In this document: one piece after another, positions 1-9,645 of the stretch
How positions within the stretch are numbered: position 1 is the stretch's first letter
Layout: each line of letters starts with the position of its first letter
Sequence record: SRR31156797_3584
Reading direction: 5' to 3' (one strand)
DNA: 44,188 nt
The notes under the pieces: model-generated
What the model saw: the letters and a program-made list of their open reading frames with translations, nothing else
What the model was told of the DNA's origin: nothing
The model's database searches: none
Program-made: the position numbers and the translations under genes

Positions 1-73
<73 letters not shown>

Positions 74-130
74 AATATCTTTAAAAACGTCTTTTTTCGA
101 GGACTAATTCCCCGTATGCTTTGAGCGTTG

Positions 131-138
131 CAAATCTA
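131..138 (-). promoter_or_regulatory. Bacteroidota -7 promoter element for tRNA-Ala
   Basis: TAGATTTG on the minus strand matches TAnnTTTG, ~57 bp upstream of the tRNA. Confidence 0.6.
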
Positions 139-143
139 ATAAA

Positions 144-755
144 TCATTTTATTGTAGCAAACTTATAATCTAAATTTTTGAAGTGGTCCAACACCCTTGG
201 TAAGGCGTATCGCAGGTTTTTCGAGGCTTTTACCGAGTCATGAAAAACAATGATTGATCCGTCTTTGTATTTTGATAATACATTGACCAAACACTTCTCT
301 TCTGATATTTTCCGGCTAAAATCGTATGAAAGCACATCCCAAAACACCACATTGAACTCTTTTTTCAAATATTTCAACTGATTAGGGGTGATTTTTCCAT
401 AGGGTGGACGGAACAAATTACTGTCAATAAATTTTGAAGCCAGAGAAATGTCTTCAATATATTTTTCAAAACCAAGCTTCCAACCACTCACGTGGCTATA
501 GGTGTGGTTACCAACTGAATGACCTTCATTCAAAATCCTTTGATAAAGCTCCGGATATTTTTCTACATTTTTTCCAATTAAAAAGAAAGTGGCTTTAGCC
601 TCGTATTCGTTTAACAGATCCAGAAGCCATGGCGTATTTTCAGGGACGGGCCCGTCATCGAAGGTGAGGAATATCTCTTCTTTACGCTCCGGATAACTCC
701 AGGTGGTAGTGGGAAATATTCTTTCAGCAATATTTGAAGTCTTAATATTTAGCAT
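144..755 (-). CDS. Polysaccharide deacetylase (NodB/CE4 family)
   Basis: TFDDGP, ATFF, GNHTYSH, FRPPYG and IIVFHD motifs. Confidence 0.92.
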   Translation of the reverse strand: MLNIKTSNIAERIFPTTTWSYPERKEEIFLTFDDGPVPENTPWLLDLLNEYEAKATFFLIGKNVEKYPELYQRILNEGHSVGNHTYSHVSGWKLGFEKYIEDISLASKFIDSNLFRPPYGKITPNQLKYLKKEFNVVFWDVLSYDFSRKISEEKCLVNVLSKYKDGSIIVFHDSVKASKNLRYALPRVLDHFKNLDYKFATIK

Positions 756-775
756 GGGTTTGGGTTAAATTCTAG

Positions 776-846
776 TGCAAAAGTAGTTTTTTTTATGTTT
801 TTTTAAAAAAGATTTTGCTTGATTAAAAAATTCATATACTTTTGCA
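776..846. promoter_or_regulatory. Back-to-back Bacteroidota promoters for the deacetylase (-) and tRNA-Gln (+)
   Basis: Identical TACTTTTGCA at 837-846 (+) and 776-785 (-); the + promoter has a -33 TTTG at 814-817 with a 19-nt spacer. Confidence 0.7.
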
Positions 847-861
847 ACCACGTTATACGAC

Positions 862-933
862 TGACCCATGGTGTAATTGGCAACACAGCTGGTTTTGGTC
901 CAGCCGTTCTAGGTTCGAGTCCTAGTGGGTCAA
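862..933 (+). tRNA. tRNA-Gln(TTG)
   Basis: TGACCCA/TGGGTCA acceptor stem, GCTGG-TTTTGGT-CCAGC anticodon arm, GGTTCGAGTCC T-arm. Confidence 0.95.
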
Positions 934-934
934 C

Positions 935-967
935 AAAAAAAGGTTCCGATTGTTCGGAACCTTTTTT
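935..967 (+). terminator. Rho-independent terminator after tRNA-Gln
   Basis: AAAAGGTTCCGA-TTGT-TCGGAACCTTTTTT hairpin with T-tract. Confidence 0.85.
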
Positions 968-1061
968 CTTTTGTATACATTTCTCAATGTCTTTATTACA
1001 AGCTATATATCACTTGGCATTTCCCGTATTTTTTTATTATAGATAATTCACCTTGTGGAAT

Positions 1062-1434
1062 AATTTCGCCGATGACAAATTACATTTTCAAATTACATTC
1101 TCCAGCGGCGAGTTGGATTATAATCATATTAACCCCGGGTGACGCTAATCGCTTACCCGGGGCTATTATGATATAACCCTTTCAGGGTTAATAGATTGAG
1201 TTTTCTATTTGTGCAAGAAAATAAAATTAGAAGTTCCGCTGCTAATTTTTAGTTTAACCCTAATATCTAGGTAATACCTTTGAACGATTAATCCTGAAGG
1301 GATTAAACAATTTTAGCCCTGGGTAAGCAAAGTTCGCTGAAGGCGAACAGCGTCACCCAGGGTAAATGTGCCGAGAAATCGAATCGCCGCGTCATGTAAG
1401 AAATTGAAATCGAGGTTGTATCATCGGCGAAATT
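1062..1434. repeat. Pair of imperfect inverted ~130-150 bp structured REP-like elements (1062-1192 and 1287-1434)
   Basis: Shared blocks AATTTCGCCGATGA...GCGGCGA...ACCCYGGGTGACGCT...GCTTACCCRGGGCTA...AAYCCYTTCAGGRTTAAT in opposite orientations, each with internal hairpins. Confidence 0.75.
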
Positions 1435-1645
1435 GTACGATCATATGATTATTGAAAACGACACATCACGAGACCAGGAATGTGCCACCCTGATGGGGTT
1501 TGAATTGGTTTTGCAAATCATCTACCGATATTTTTTCCAAAAATGAAGAGCCCGTCGCCTTGAGACAAAGGAAAAGAATCAGCGAAAACTAAAAATTAAT
1601 ATCGAAATGGTTTTTTATAATTATTCTACCAAACTTTAAATATGC

Positions 1646-2422
1646 TTAGAAGCTTTTCAATTGCTTTTTCAAATTTTCCACATATTCACCCTCCATTTTT
1701 TGATATGGGCGCTCCCATTTTCCGTACATCGGATTGGGTAAAACGATGAATTTGTTACCAAACTCATTTTTGAATTCCTCAACTGCTTTGTGAGCAGCTT
1801 GATTGTCTCTATGGTCAAAAATATGGTCAAAATCGCCAAGGTTGTCACCAATTAGAAGTGCAATCGTAAAATTTTCACTTACAATATCTCTTCTGTAGGT
1901 TTTATCTGAGGTGGTGTCTTTCAAAAACACATGTTGTTTATCTGCATTTGGAAAACCCTTTTCAGCTAGGTTTCTAACGGTTGCATCTATTTGCGATACA
2001 TGACGGTTTGAAATGTAAATGACTTCAACGCCGTTTTCCTGCGCAAAGGTTGTAAAGTCTAAAGCTCCGGATAATGGCACTGCTGTTCCTTTTTGTACCC
2101 AGCGGTCCCAGGAATATTTAGAAAAGCTACTGTCTTTTTCAATGCACCATCCCTGATAAGGGGAATTATCCAAAACCGTTTCATCAATATCTAACACAAC
2201 AGCCGGATTTTTAATTTCAGCGTTTTGGGCGATTTGGTCAACCCTCATTTTAGCAATGTTGAAAGCCTGGTAATACAGGGCTTTTTGCTCAGCGGCCAAT
2301 TGATACCAGGCGGTACTGAGTAACATATATTCTGACTTGCTGTTTTGTTTAGCTGGTTGTTCCGGCTGTTGGCATCCAGCAAAAATGAGTATGATCGTTA
2401 GTGCTAAAATTATTTGCTTCAT
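1646..2422 (-). CDS. 5'-nucleotidase lipoprotein e(P4) family (class C acid phosphatase, HAD fold)
   Basis: Lipobox FAGC, DIDETVLDNSPY, IGDNLGDF, LPNPMYG. Confidence 0.92.
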   Translation of the reverse strand: MKQIILALTIILIFAGCQQPEQPAKQNSKSEYMLLSTAWYQLAAEQKALYYQAFNIAKMRVDQIAQNAEIKNPAVVLDIDETVLDNSPYQGWCIEKDSSFSKYSWDRWVQKGTAVPLSGALDFTTFAQENGVEVIYISNRHVSQIDATVRNLAEKGFPNADKQHVFLKDTTSDKTYRRDIVSENFTIALLIGDNLGDFDHIFDHRDNQAAHKAVEEFKNEFGNKFIVLPNPMYGKWERPYQKMEGEYVENLKKQLKSF

Positions 2423-2426
2423 TGAA

Positions 2427-3401
2427 TTACTTTTTTCGTTGTACGGTATATTCTACAATCTCTTTTAAAGAATTTTTGTGGGGACTGTCGGGATATTTAT
2501 CTAATATGTCGAGTGCTTTTTGCTTGTATGATTCCATTTTTTCCCTTGCATAATCAATACCACCATGTTGTTCTACAAGAGCGATGAGACCAAGAACCTC
2601 TTTTTTCGTTTTATGCTTCTTTTTAAGCAGTCTTAGAATTTTTCTACGCTCAGCAACAGACAGCTTATCTTTCACATGGATAAGTGGAAGGGTCATTTTC
2701 TTTTCTTTAATGTCATTTCCACTTGGCTTACCAGACAATCCATTGGGCTCATAATCAAATAAATCGTCCTTAATTTGAAATGCTAAGCCTAAGCACATGC
2801 CAAACTCTTCCATATCGTTAATTACATCCGGGCTAGCTTGTACCGATAGTGCTCCAGCTTTTACGCAAGCTGCAATGAGTGCTGCGGTTTTTTGCTCAAT
2901 AATTTTGAAGTAAACCTCTTCGTTGATGTTTAGCTTGCGGGCTTTTTCAATTTGAAGTAATTCTCCCTGGCTCATCTCATCTACTGCTTTAGACACTACT
3001 TCAAGCAATTGGTATTCCCGGTATTTTACAGAAAGCAATAGTCCGCGCGCTAAGAGGTAATCACCAATTAGTACGGCAATTTTATTTTTCCATAGGGCAT
3101 TGATGGAGAAAAATCCGCGACGGAAATTGGAATCGTCCACCACATCATCATGTGTAAGTGTGGCTGTGTGCATAAGCTCAATGAGTGCTGCTGCATGATA
3201 TGAGGATTCACTAATTTTACCGTGCATGCCGGCAGACAAAAACACCAACATGGGGCGCATTTGTTTACCTTTTGTGCGGAGAATGAATCGTGTAATGATA
3301 TTTAACAGAGGGGTTGTGCTTTTCATGGAATTCCTGAAAAACTCCTGAAAATCATTCATCTCCTCCTTTATGGGTTGTTTTATAGTGGCTAAGCGAGACA
3401 T
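2427..3401 (-). CDS. ispB: Polyprenyl (octaprenyl) diphosphate synthase
   Basis: GKQMRP, HDDVVD..RRG (FARM), FQIKDD (SARM). Confidence 0.88.
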   Translation of the reverse strand: MSRLATIKQPIKEEMNDFQEFFRNSMKSTTPLLNIITRFILRTKGKQMRPMLVFLSAGMHGKISESSYHAAALIELMHTATLTHDDVVDDSNFRRGFFSINALWKNKIAVLIGDYLLARGLLLSVKYREYQLLEVVSKAVDEMSQGELLQIEKARKLNINEEVYFKIIEQKTAALIAACVKAGALSVQASPDVINDMEEFGMCLGLAFQIKDDLFDYEPNGLSGKPSGNDIKEKKMTLPLIHVKDKLSVAERRKILRLLKKKHKTKKEVLGLIALVEQHGGIDYAREKMESYKQKALDILDKYPDSPHKNSLKEIVEYTVQRKK

Positions 3402-3556
3402 ATATAAAGTAAAGGTTTATCTTGAAATTAAATGAAAATGCTTTGAATAAACGAACATATATTTTTTTTATGAGATAGGCAGAATTATTTTAATATTTTT
3501 GATTTATATAACACAATTAGGGTATGCATGAATAACTAATTTGGGCAAATTTAGTT

Positions 3557-5350
3557 TTGAAAAACGAGAAAATAAAAAATATAATTTCAAGCTTGCCGGG
3601 TAAGCCGGGCGTTTATCAATACTTTGATGAAAACGGTAAGATTTTGTATGTTGGCAAAGCGAAAAACCTGAAGAAACGTGTTTCATCTTATTTCACCAAG
3701 CATCATGATACAGCCAAATTGAGAATTCTTGTCAATAAAATTTCAGATATCAAGCCTATTGTAGTGGATCGGGAAGAGGATGCGCTTTTGTTGGAAAACA
3801 ATCTCATTAAAAAGTACCAGCCCCGCTACAATGTGATGCTGAAAGATGATAAAACCTTTCCGTGGATATGCATCAAAAACGAACCTTTCCCCAGAGTTTT
3901 CAGCACGCGCAATGTCATTAAGGATGGCTCTGAATATTTTGGCCCGTATACTTCCGTTAAAATGGTGAAAGCTATTCTCGATTTTATTCAAAGGACATAC
4001 AAAATACGCACATGTAGTTTAAATCTGAACACAAAAGATATTGCTGCGGGCAAGTTTAAAGTTTGCCTTGAACATCACATTGGGAATTGTAAAGGACCTT
4101 GTGAAGGATTGCAGGCTGAAAAGGAATACATACAAAATATTGATCACATTCGCCAAATTCTGAAAGGAAACATCAAAGAGGCGATTAATTGGTTTGAAAA
4201 AGAAATGCGGCGATTAGCTGCTGAATATCAGTTTGAAGAGGCCGAAGATGTAAAGCAAAAGTTGATGTTACTGCGGAATTATCAAAGTAAATCAACCATT
4301 GTAAATCCTGCTATTCATAATGTAGATGTTTTTTCATTGTATGAAGGCGAGAAAGCGGCCTATGTGAACTTTTTGAAAGTAAGTAATGGCGCAATTATTC
4401 AATCTCACACGGTAGAAGTAAAGCGCAGACTTGATGAAACGCCGGAAGCCATTTTGGAGTATGCCATTACCAATATTCGGGAGAAAGTGCATAGCAATTC
4501 AAAAGAGATTTTTGCTTCAATCAAAATTGATTATCCATTGGCAAAAATTACCGTTCCACAAAGAGGTGATAAAAAGAAATTGCTTGAACTGTCAGAGCGA
4601 AATGCCAAGTATTTTGCCCTGGCCCGCAAGAAAATGGCTGAAAAAGCTAATCCAAATGAGAAATTGGATCGCTTAATGGAAACCATGCAAAAAGATTTAC
4701 GCTTGAAAGAGCCACCAAAACACATTGAAGGATTTGATAATAGTAATATTCAGGGTACAAATCCGGTGGCAGCATGTGTGGTTTTTAAAAATGGAAAGCC
4801 GGCAAAGCGCGATTATCGGAAGTTTAACATAAAAACAGTTGAAGGTCCGGATGATTTTGGGTCTATGCGTGAAATTATTCATCGAAGATATTCAAGAATG
4901 ATGCGTGAAGGCCAGACGCTCCCGCAGCTAATCGTAATTGATGGCGGCAAGGGGCAGTTAAATGCGGCAGTACAAAGTTTGGATGAATTGGGGATTCGTG
5001 GAAAAATTGCCATAATTGGAATTGCCAAAAGATTAGAGGAGATATATTTTGCAGGCGATTCTGTACCACTTTATTTAGACAAAAATTCACCCACATTAAG
5101 AGTGATTCAGCACATTAGAAATGAGTCACACCGATTTGGGATAACTTTTCACCGTGATAAACGCTCTCAAAACTTTGCAGCTTCCGCTTTAGATAATATT
5201 CCCGGAATAGGACCCAAAACCGTTGAAAAACTATATGCCGATTTCAAAACGCTAAAGGCAATGAAAGAGGCCGATATCAATGAGTTAGCCACAAGTATTG
5301 GAGAGGCAAAAGCCAAAGTTCTATATAAACATTTTACTGAAGAAAAGTAA
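3557..5350 (+). CDS. uvrC: Excinuclease ABC subunit C
   Basis: GIY-YIG (PGVY..YVGKAKNLKKRV), UVR domain, FDNSN, IDGGKGQ, HhH IPGIGPK. Confidence 0.97.
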   Translation: MKNEKIKNIISSLPGKPGVYQYFDENGKILYVGKAKNLKKRVSSYFTKHHDTAKLRILVNKISDIKPIVVDREEDALLLENNLIKKYQPRYNVMLKDDKTFPWICIKNEPFPRVFSTRNVIKDGSEYFGPYTSVKMVKAILDFIQRTYKIRTCSLNLNTKDIAAGKFKVCLEHHIGNCKGPCEGLQAEKEYIQNIDHIRQILKGNIKEAINWFEKEMRRLAAEYQFEEAEDVKQKLMLLRNYQSKSTIVNPAIHNVDVFSLYEGEKAAYVNFLKVSNGAIIQSHTVEVKRRLDETPEAILEYAITNIREKVHSNSKEIFASIKIDYPLAKITVPQRGDKKKLLELSERNAKYFALARKKMAEKANPNEKLDRLMETMQKDLRLKEPPKHIEGFDNSNIQGTNPVAACVVFKNGKPAKRDYRKFNIKTVEGPDDFGSMREIIHRRYSRMMREGQTLPQLIVIDGGKGQLNAAVQSLDELGIRGKIAIIGIAKRLEEIYFAGDSVPLYLDKNSPTLRVIQHIRNESHRFGITFHRDKRSQNFAASALDNIPGIGPKTVEKLYADFKTLKAMKEADINELATSIGEAKAKVLYKHFTEEK

Positions 5351-5366
5351 TTTTTATGAATAAGGG

Positions 5367-6050
5367 CTAACTTCCCCCACCAGCTGCAGTTGCTCCTGCA
5401 GATGCTGCAATTGTTGCCGCCATAACAGCTGCTTGCATTTCGCGTATTGCTTCATCTACTCCAGAAGAAATTGGATTCGACTCAACCTTCTTTTTCAATG
5501 TTTTTTTGAATTCCATTCGGTCCTTAAATTTTTCTCCAAAAGGCTTAAAGAGCTTTAAAGCTAATACCATACTCAATAGTGCAGCATCTTGTTGACTAAC
5601 TTTTTCTGTATCGAGCAGTTTTTTGATATTTTGAACCAGTTCGGTTTTTACACTGGGAGAAACGAGTCGAATTCTTTTATATGTAAAGAAAAGAAATGTA
5701 TGTGTCTCAATAGAAATGATGCCTTTGCGGGCCATTTCAATCAGAAAAAACCACCTGTAACGCGAAGGAAAGCGAGCCAAAGTAGTTATCCATCTTTTTA
5801 CTTTTCGGATTTTAGGTTTCTTTTTTATTTGTTGAAGAAAATAGTCATGTCCAGGAGTCAGGTTCGATTTTTCTGTTTTAGTGCAAACCAGTTTGTTTTT
5901 AATTTCAATTTCATTTAACTCACACATATCAAGCATGGCAGCACCAATAATTCCAATGTTGACCTTTTGTTTTGAAACAGACCAATAAGATTTTGTGGGG
6001 TGCAATGCCAATACGATTGTTTTTTCAATAATGGTTTCAGGGTGTTTCAT
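5367..6050 (-). CDS. GPP34 (Golgi phosphoprotein 3-like) family protein
   Basis: IVLALHP, GAAMLDM..L pattern, WI..L, C-terminal Ala-rich tail AVMAATIAASAG; ATG at 6050 preferred (TAACTTCG promoter-like element at 6068-6075). Confidence 0.7.
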   Translation of the reverse strand: MKHPETIIEKTIVLALHPTKSYWSVSKQKVNIGIIGAAMLDMCELNEIEIKNKLVCTKTEKSNLTPGHDYFLQQIKKKPKIRKVKRWITTLARFPSRYRWFFLIEMARKGIISIETHTFLFFTYKRIRLVSPSVKTELVQNIKKLLDTEKVSQQDAALLSMVLALKLFKPFGEKFKDRMEFKKTLKKKVESNPISSGVDEAIREMQAAVMAATIAASAGATAAGGGS

Positions 6051-6101
6051 CTTTTTTTGATTTTCATCGAAGTTACAAAAAACCAATTAATTGAGCGTTT
6101 T

Positions 6102-6153
6102 GCCATTCAAGTTTTATAATTTTCATTTCACGCTGTTTTTTCACCACCTCACG
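6102..6153 (+). promoter_or_regulatory. Putative LytTR-binding direct repeats (three, 21-bp period)
   Basis: GCCATTCAAG (6102), TCATTTCACG (6123), CCACCTCACG (6144); TCA core at 6107/6128/6149. Confidence 0.5.
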
Positions 6154-6239
6154 AATTAAGGTCTGACTATTACCAATTTGTGTCTTATTTTTGTACTGAA
6201 GTTTAAAAATTAAAATTGATGCACCAGGTAATAACAGAC

Positions 6240-7298
6240 ATGACCAATAAAAAATTTGTGAGTAAGCTCCCAAATTACACATTCACATCTGTTCTTTTCA
6301 GATTTGTGTTTGTTAGTCTTACAGCTATACTCTCTCTATTTTTAATATGGTCTGCATTAAAAGATGGAAATCAAGCTCCTTTAACCAGAGATTATATTAT
6401 CACCATAATCGCCTTTAATATATTGAGTGAATTGAATATTGTTTTAGATATTCTATTGGAGAAAATTCTTCCTATTCCACAATATATTCGCTATAGACCC
6501 AAAGTTCAAATGTTTTTAAGTTTGGTACTTGTTGTGGTTGTGCACCAAATTTCCATGCTGTTTTTTGATTTTGATACAGCAGCACATAAACATGCCATTT
6601 ATATTGTAATTGCCACAGGTCTTGTATTTGTTACTTTAATGAGCTCAGGCTTATTGATAATTAGATTGATGGACAAATGGTATTTTATGCAAAAACAGGT
6701 GGATAAAATGAAGCAGGAGCAACTGCAGAATGATTATAATGTGCTTCAGGATCAGTTAAATCCGCATTTTCTTTTCAATAACTTAAGTGTATTGAAGTCA
6801 TTAATTATTTATGACAACGAGAAAGCGGTTAATTTCACTCAAAACTTCACGGATGTATATCGTTATGTGCTTAAAAGTAAAGATTTACCTACTGTGACCT
6901 TACAGAATGAAATTGAATTTATTAATTCATATGTAAATTTACACCAGGAAAGGCTTGGAAAGGGTTTGCACGTGAACATTGAAGTTGACCCGGAGGCTTT
7001 TCAGAAGCAAATTCCACCATTGGCTCTACAATTATTGATTGAGAATGCCATTAAGCATAATATTGTGACCAGGACCTTACCTTTGCATATTGATATCAAA
7101 GCAGATAAAGAAATAGTTACGATTACAAATAACGTTCAACCAAAGCAGGGTAGTTATTCAACTGAAACGGGACTAAAAAATCTTGTGAATCGCTATAGAA
7201 TGTTTAATGGAAAAGTAAAAATTTCAAAAGACGAGGAGAAGTTTGAGGTTCGCATTCCATTGATCAATGGTGATGAAAAACTTGAAAATATTAATTAA
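6240..7298 (+). CDS. LytS/YehU-family membrane sensor histidine kinase
   Basis: About four N-terminal TM segments, LQDQLNPHFLFNNL, YRYVL, QLLIENAIKHN, TGLKNL; start could be 6219 or 6240. Confidence 0.92.
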   Translation: MTNKKFVSKLPNYTFTSVLFRFVFVSLTAILSLFLIWSALKDGNQAPLTRDYIITIIAFNILSELNIVLDILLEKILPIPQYIRYRPKVQMFLSLVLVVVVHQISMLFFDFDTAAHKHAIYIVIATGLVFVTLMSSGLLIIRLMDKWYFMQKQVDKMKQEQLQNDYNVLQDQLNPHFLFNNLSVLKSLIIYDNEKAVNFTQNFTDVYRYVLKSKDLPTVTLQNEIEFINSYVNLHQERLGKGLHVNIEVDPEAFQKQIPPLALQLLIENAIKHNIVTRTLPLHIDIKADKEIVTITNNVQPKQGSYSTETGLKNLVNRYRMFNGKVKISKDEEKFEVRIPLINGDEKLENIN

Positions 7299-7299
7299 G

Positions 7300-8055
7300 A
7301 TGAAAGCACTGATAATAGAAGATGAATTACATAATACCCGATTGCTGAAAGGGATGATTCAGAAAATCAGACCGGATTGGGAAATTGTTGGTGAACTTGA
7401 GTCAGTGCAAGAATCAATTGATTTCTTGAAAAAATCTCAACCTGACCTCATATTTATGGATATTCAATTGAGTGATGGTATTTGCTTCTCAATTTTCGAT
7501 GAGGTGGAAGTTAATTCATTAGTAATTTTCACCACAGCTTATGATGAATATGCAATTAAATCGTTTAAGGTAAATAGTATAGATTATTTATTGAAACCAA
7601 TACATGAGGAGGGATTAACCGAGGCGATTTTAAAATTTGAAAAGTTCCACGATAAAATGAACGTAAGGTTAAATCCCGATTATAATAAGTTAGTTGAACT
7701 TTTACAACCTCAAACGTATCGAAAAAGATTTATGGTGAGTGGCGGAAAGGCACTTTTGAAAATAGAGGTTGAAAATATCGCATATATTTTAACCGAGGAT
7801 CATGCAACTTTTGCATATACGTTTGATGGAAATCAGTATTTGTTGGACTCTACAATGGAAAAGCTAGAGATGGAAATGGATCCTGAAATGTTTTTCAGAA
7901 CAGGAAGAGGAACAATAATTAACATAGCGTCAATTGAAAAAGTTGAGGCAGCAAACGGTGGAAAGCTCATCGTTAATCTAGTTTCACCATTAGGGAACCA
8001 GGTGAAAGTTAGTCGTTTAAAAGCAAACGCCTTTAAAGCCTGGATTGATAAATAG
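7300..8055 (+). CDS. LytTR-family response regulator
   Basis: REC domain IIEDE, DLIFMDIQLSDG, FTTAYDEYA, DYLLKP; C-terminal LytTR (FFR..R.TIIN, VSR). Confidence 0.94.
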   Translation: MKALIIEDELHNTRLLKGMIQKIRPDWEIVGELESVQESIDFLKKSQPDLIFMDIQLSDGICFSIFDEVEVNSLVIFTTAYDEYAIKSFKVNSIDYLLKPIHEEGLTEAILKFEKFHDKMNVRLNPDYNKLVELLQPQTYRKRFMVSGGKALLKIEVENIAYILTEDHATFAYTFDGNQYLLDSTMEKLEMEMDPEMFFRTGRGTIINIASIEKVEAANGGKLIVNLVSPLGNQVKVSRLKANAFKAWIDK

Positions 8056-8162
8056 TAGTAGCTGAAATTGATTTAAAAGAAAAACCATGTTTTTCTTAAT
8101 GGGAAAAGTATGCTCAAAAATTAACCAAAAAAACATATTTAAAATCACTAAAACCCTTTACC

Positions 8163-8942
8163 ATGCAACATTTAACAAATGATTTTACACCAGATCTAAC
8201 TACAGATTTAGTCAGATTCAAAAGCGTGAATCTCGAGCAAATCAACCAGGCTAAACTTATGAATAGAGTTGATCATAAATTTGTAATGAATAGAAACGAC
8301 CTGTTCAATCTTTTGCCTGCTTTGTATAAGAACTATTTTGTGTTGAAAATAGAAGATGTATTTAATCACCAATACACATCAACCTATTTTGACACATATG
8401 ATTTGGCCATGTATCATGCGCACCATAATCAAAGAGCTAACCGGTTTAAAATAAGACAACGTTTTTACCATACCACCGGGGATTCATTTCTTGAAATTAA
8501 AAGGAAAGACAATAAAGGGGTTACCCATAAATCTCGCACCGAAGTATCAAATGTAATCGACAAAATTCCTTATCGCCAGTTTGGATTTGTTCTTGGGAAC
8601 AGCCAATATCATCCAATGGCATTAAAGCCCGTAATGACTAACGAGTTTTACCGATTTACATTAGTTAATAAAGCCATGACCCAGCGTGTAACAGTTGATA
8701 CCGGATTGCATTTTTTTCAAGAAAATAATTCTGTATCGTTAACTGACCTGGTAATTACCGAGGTAAAATCGTTGCGATACAATATGGATACAACCATTTT
8801 TAATGTATTGGCAGATTACAAAATTAAACCAACAGGTATGAGTAAATATGCAGTAGGAATGGCATTGCTTAATCCTGACCTCAAACAAAACCTGTTCAAA
8901 CAAAAGATTAACAAACTTAAAACCATAACCCATGTGGCCTAA
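8163..8942 (+). CDS. Polyphosphate polymerase domain (VTC / CYTH-like triphosphate tunnel) protein
   Basis: LMNRVDHKF, STYFDT, RFKIRQRFY, FLEIKRK, RVTVD, ITEVK, SKY motifs. Confidence 0.88.
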   Translation: MQHLTNDFTPDLTTDLVRFKSVNLEQINQAKLMNRVDHKFVMNRNDLFNLLPALYKNYFVLKIEDVFNHQYTSTYFDTYDLAMYHAHHNQRANRFKIRQRFYHTTGDSFLEIKRKDNKGVTHKSRTEVSNVIDKIPYRQFGFVLGNSQYHPMALKPVMTNEFYRFTLVNKAMTQRVTVDTGLHFFQENNSVSLTDLVITEVKSLRYNMDTTIFNVLADYKIKPTGMSKYAVGMALLNPDLKQNLFKQKINKLKTITHVA

Positions 8943-9624
8943 TATACTTTTAACAAACCTAACAAACATGCCATTTTTTGATGGTGGTGATTTTTATTCA
9001 TTCCTTCTAAGATTCGGAATGCATTTAACTGTGCTATTAATTATCGTGCGTTACTTATACTATGCTAAAGCCCGACGTCGCGATTATTTCTTCACCTATT
9101 TTCTAATCAGTATTGTCATATTCCTGCTTTGTTTTATGCTTGAGAATGTGAAACTTGAACTTGGAATGGCCTTGGGGCTGTTTGCTGTTTTTGGTATTAT
9201 TCGTTACCGAACATCGCAAATTCCAATTAAGGAAATGACTTACCTGTTTATCGTAATTGGTGTAGCAGTTATAAATGCGCTGGCAAATAAGAAAATCAGT
9301 TTGATTGAGCTGGGAACAGCTAACTTAATCATTGTGGGTATAACCTGGTCACTTGAGAGATTATGGCGCATTCCTCATGTGAGTAGTAAGGTTGTACAAT
9401 ACGATAAAATAGACTTAATCGTACCAGAGAGAAGGACAGAATTGATTGATGATTTGAAACAGCGTTTAGGCCTAAACATATTTAGAGTAGAGGTAGGTAA
9501 GGTTGATTTCCTAAAAGACACAGCCAAAGTAGTTGTTCATTATAAATCTACTGATAATCAAAATACAAATATGGCTGATGATATTGAAAGCTATATGATT
9601 TACTCCACAAATGATGATGATTAA
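8932..9624 (+). CDS. DUF4956 family membrane protein
   Basis: Multiple TM helices, LGMALGLFAVFGIIRYRT, IKEMTYLF, C-terminal soluble domain; overlaps the VTC gene by 11 bp. Confidence 0.88.
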   Translation: MWPNILLTNLTNMPFFDGGDFYSFLLRFGMHLTVLLIIVRYLYYAKARRRDYFFTYFLISIVIFLLCFMLENVKLELGMALGLFAVFGIIRYRTSQIPIKEMTYLFIVIGVAVINALANKKISLIELGTANLIIVGITWSLERLWRIPHVSSKVVQYDKIDLIVPERRTELIDDLKQRLGLNIFRVEVGKVDFLKDTAKVVVHYKSTDNQNTNMADDIESYMIYSTNDDD

Positions 9625-9645
9625 ATTTAATTAATAGTTAGGAAC

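Noticed and set aside
819-1176. ORFs 819..1046 and 925..1176
   Set aside because: They overlap tRNA-Gln, its terminator and the repeat element, and have no protein-like motifs
1062-1434. CRISPR array interpretation of the repeats
   Set aside because: Only two copies, inverted and long; no repeat-spacer periodicity and no cas genes in the window
862-1645. Prophage or integrative element at tRNA-Gln
   Set aside because: No integrase and no duplicated tRNA 3' end (att site) found; the next genes are housekeeping
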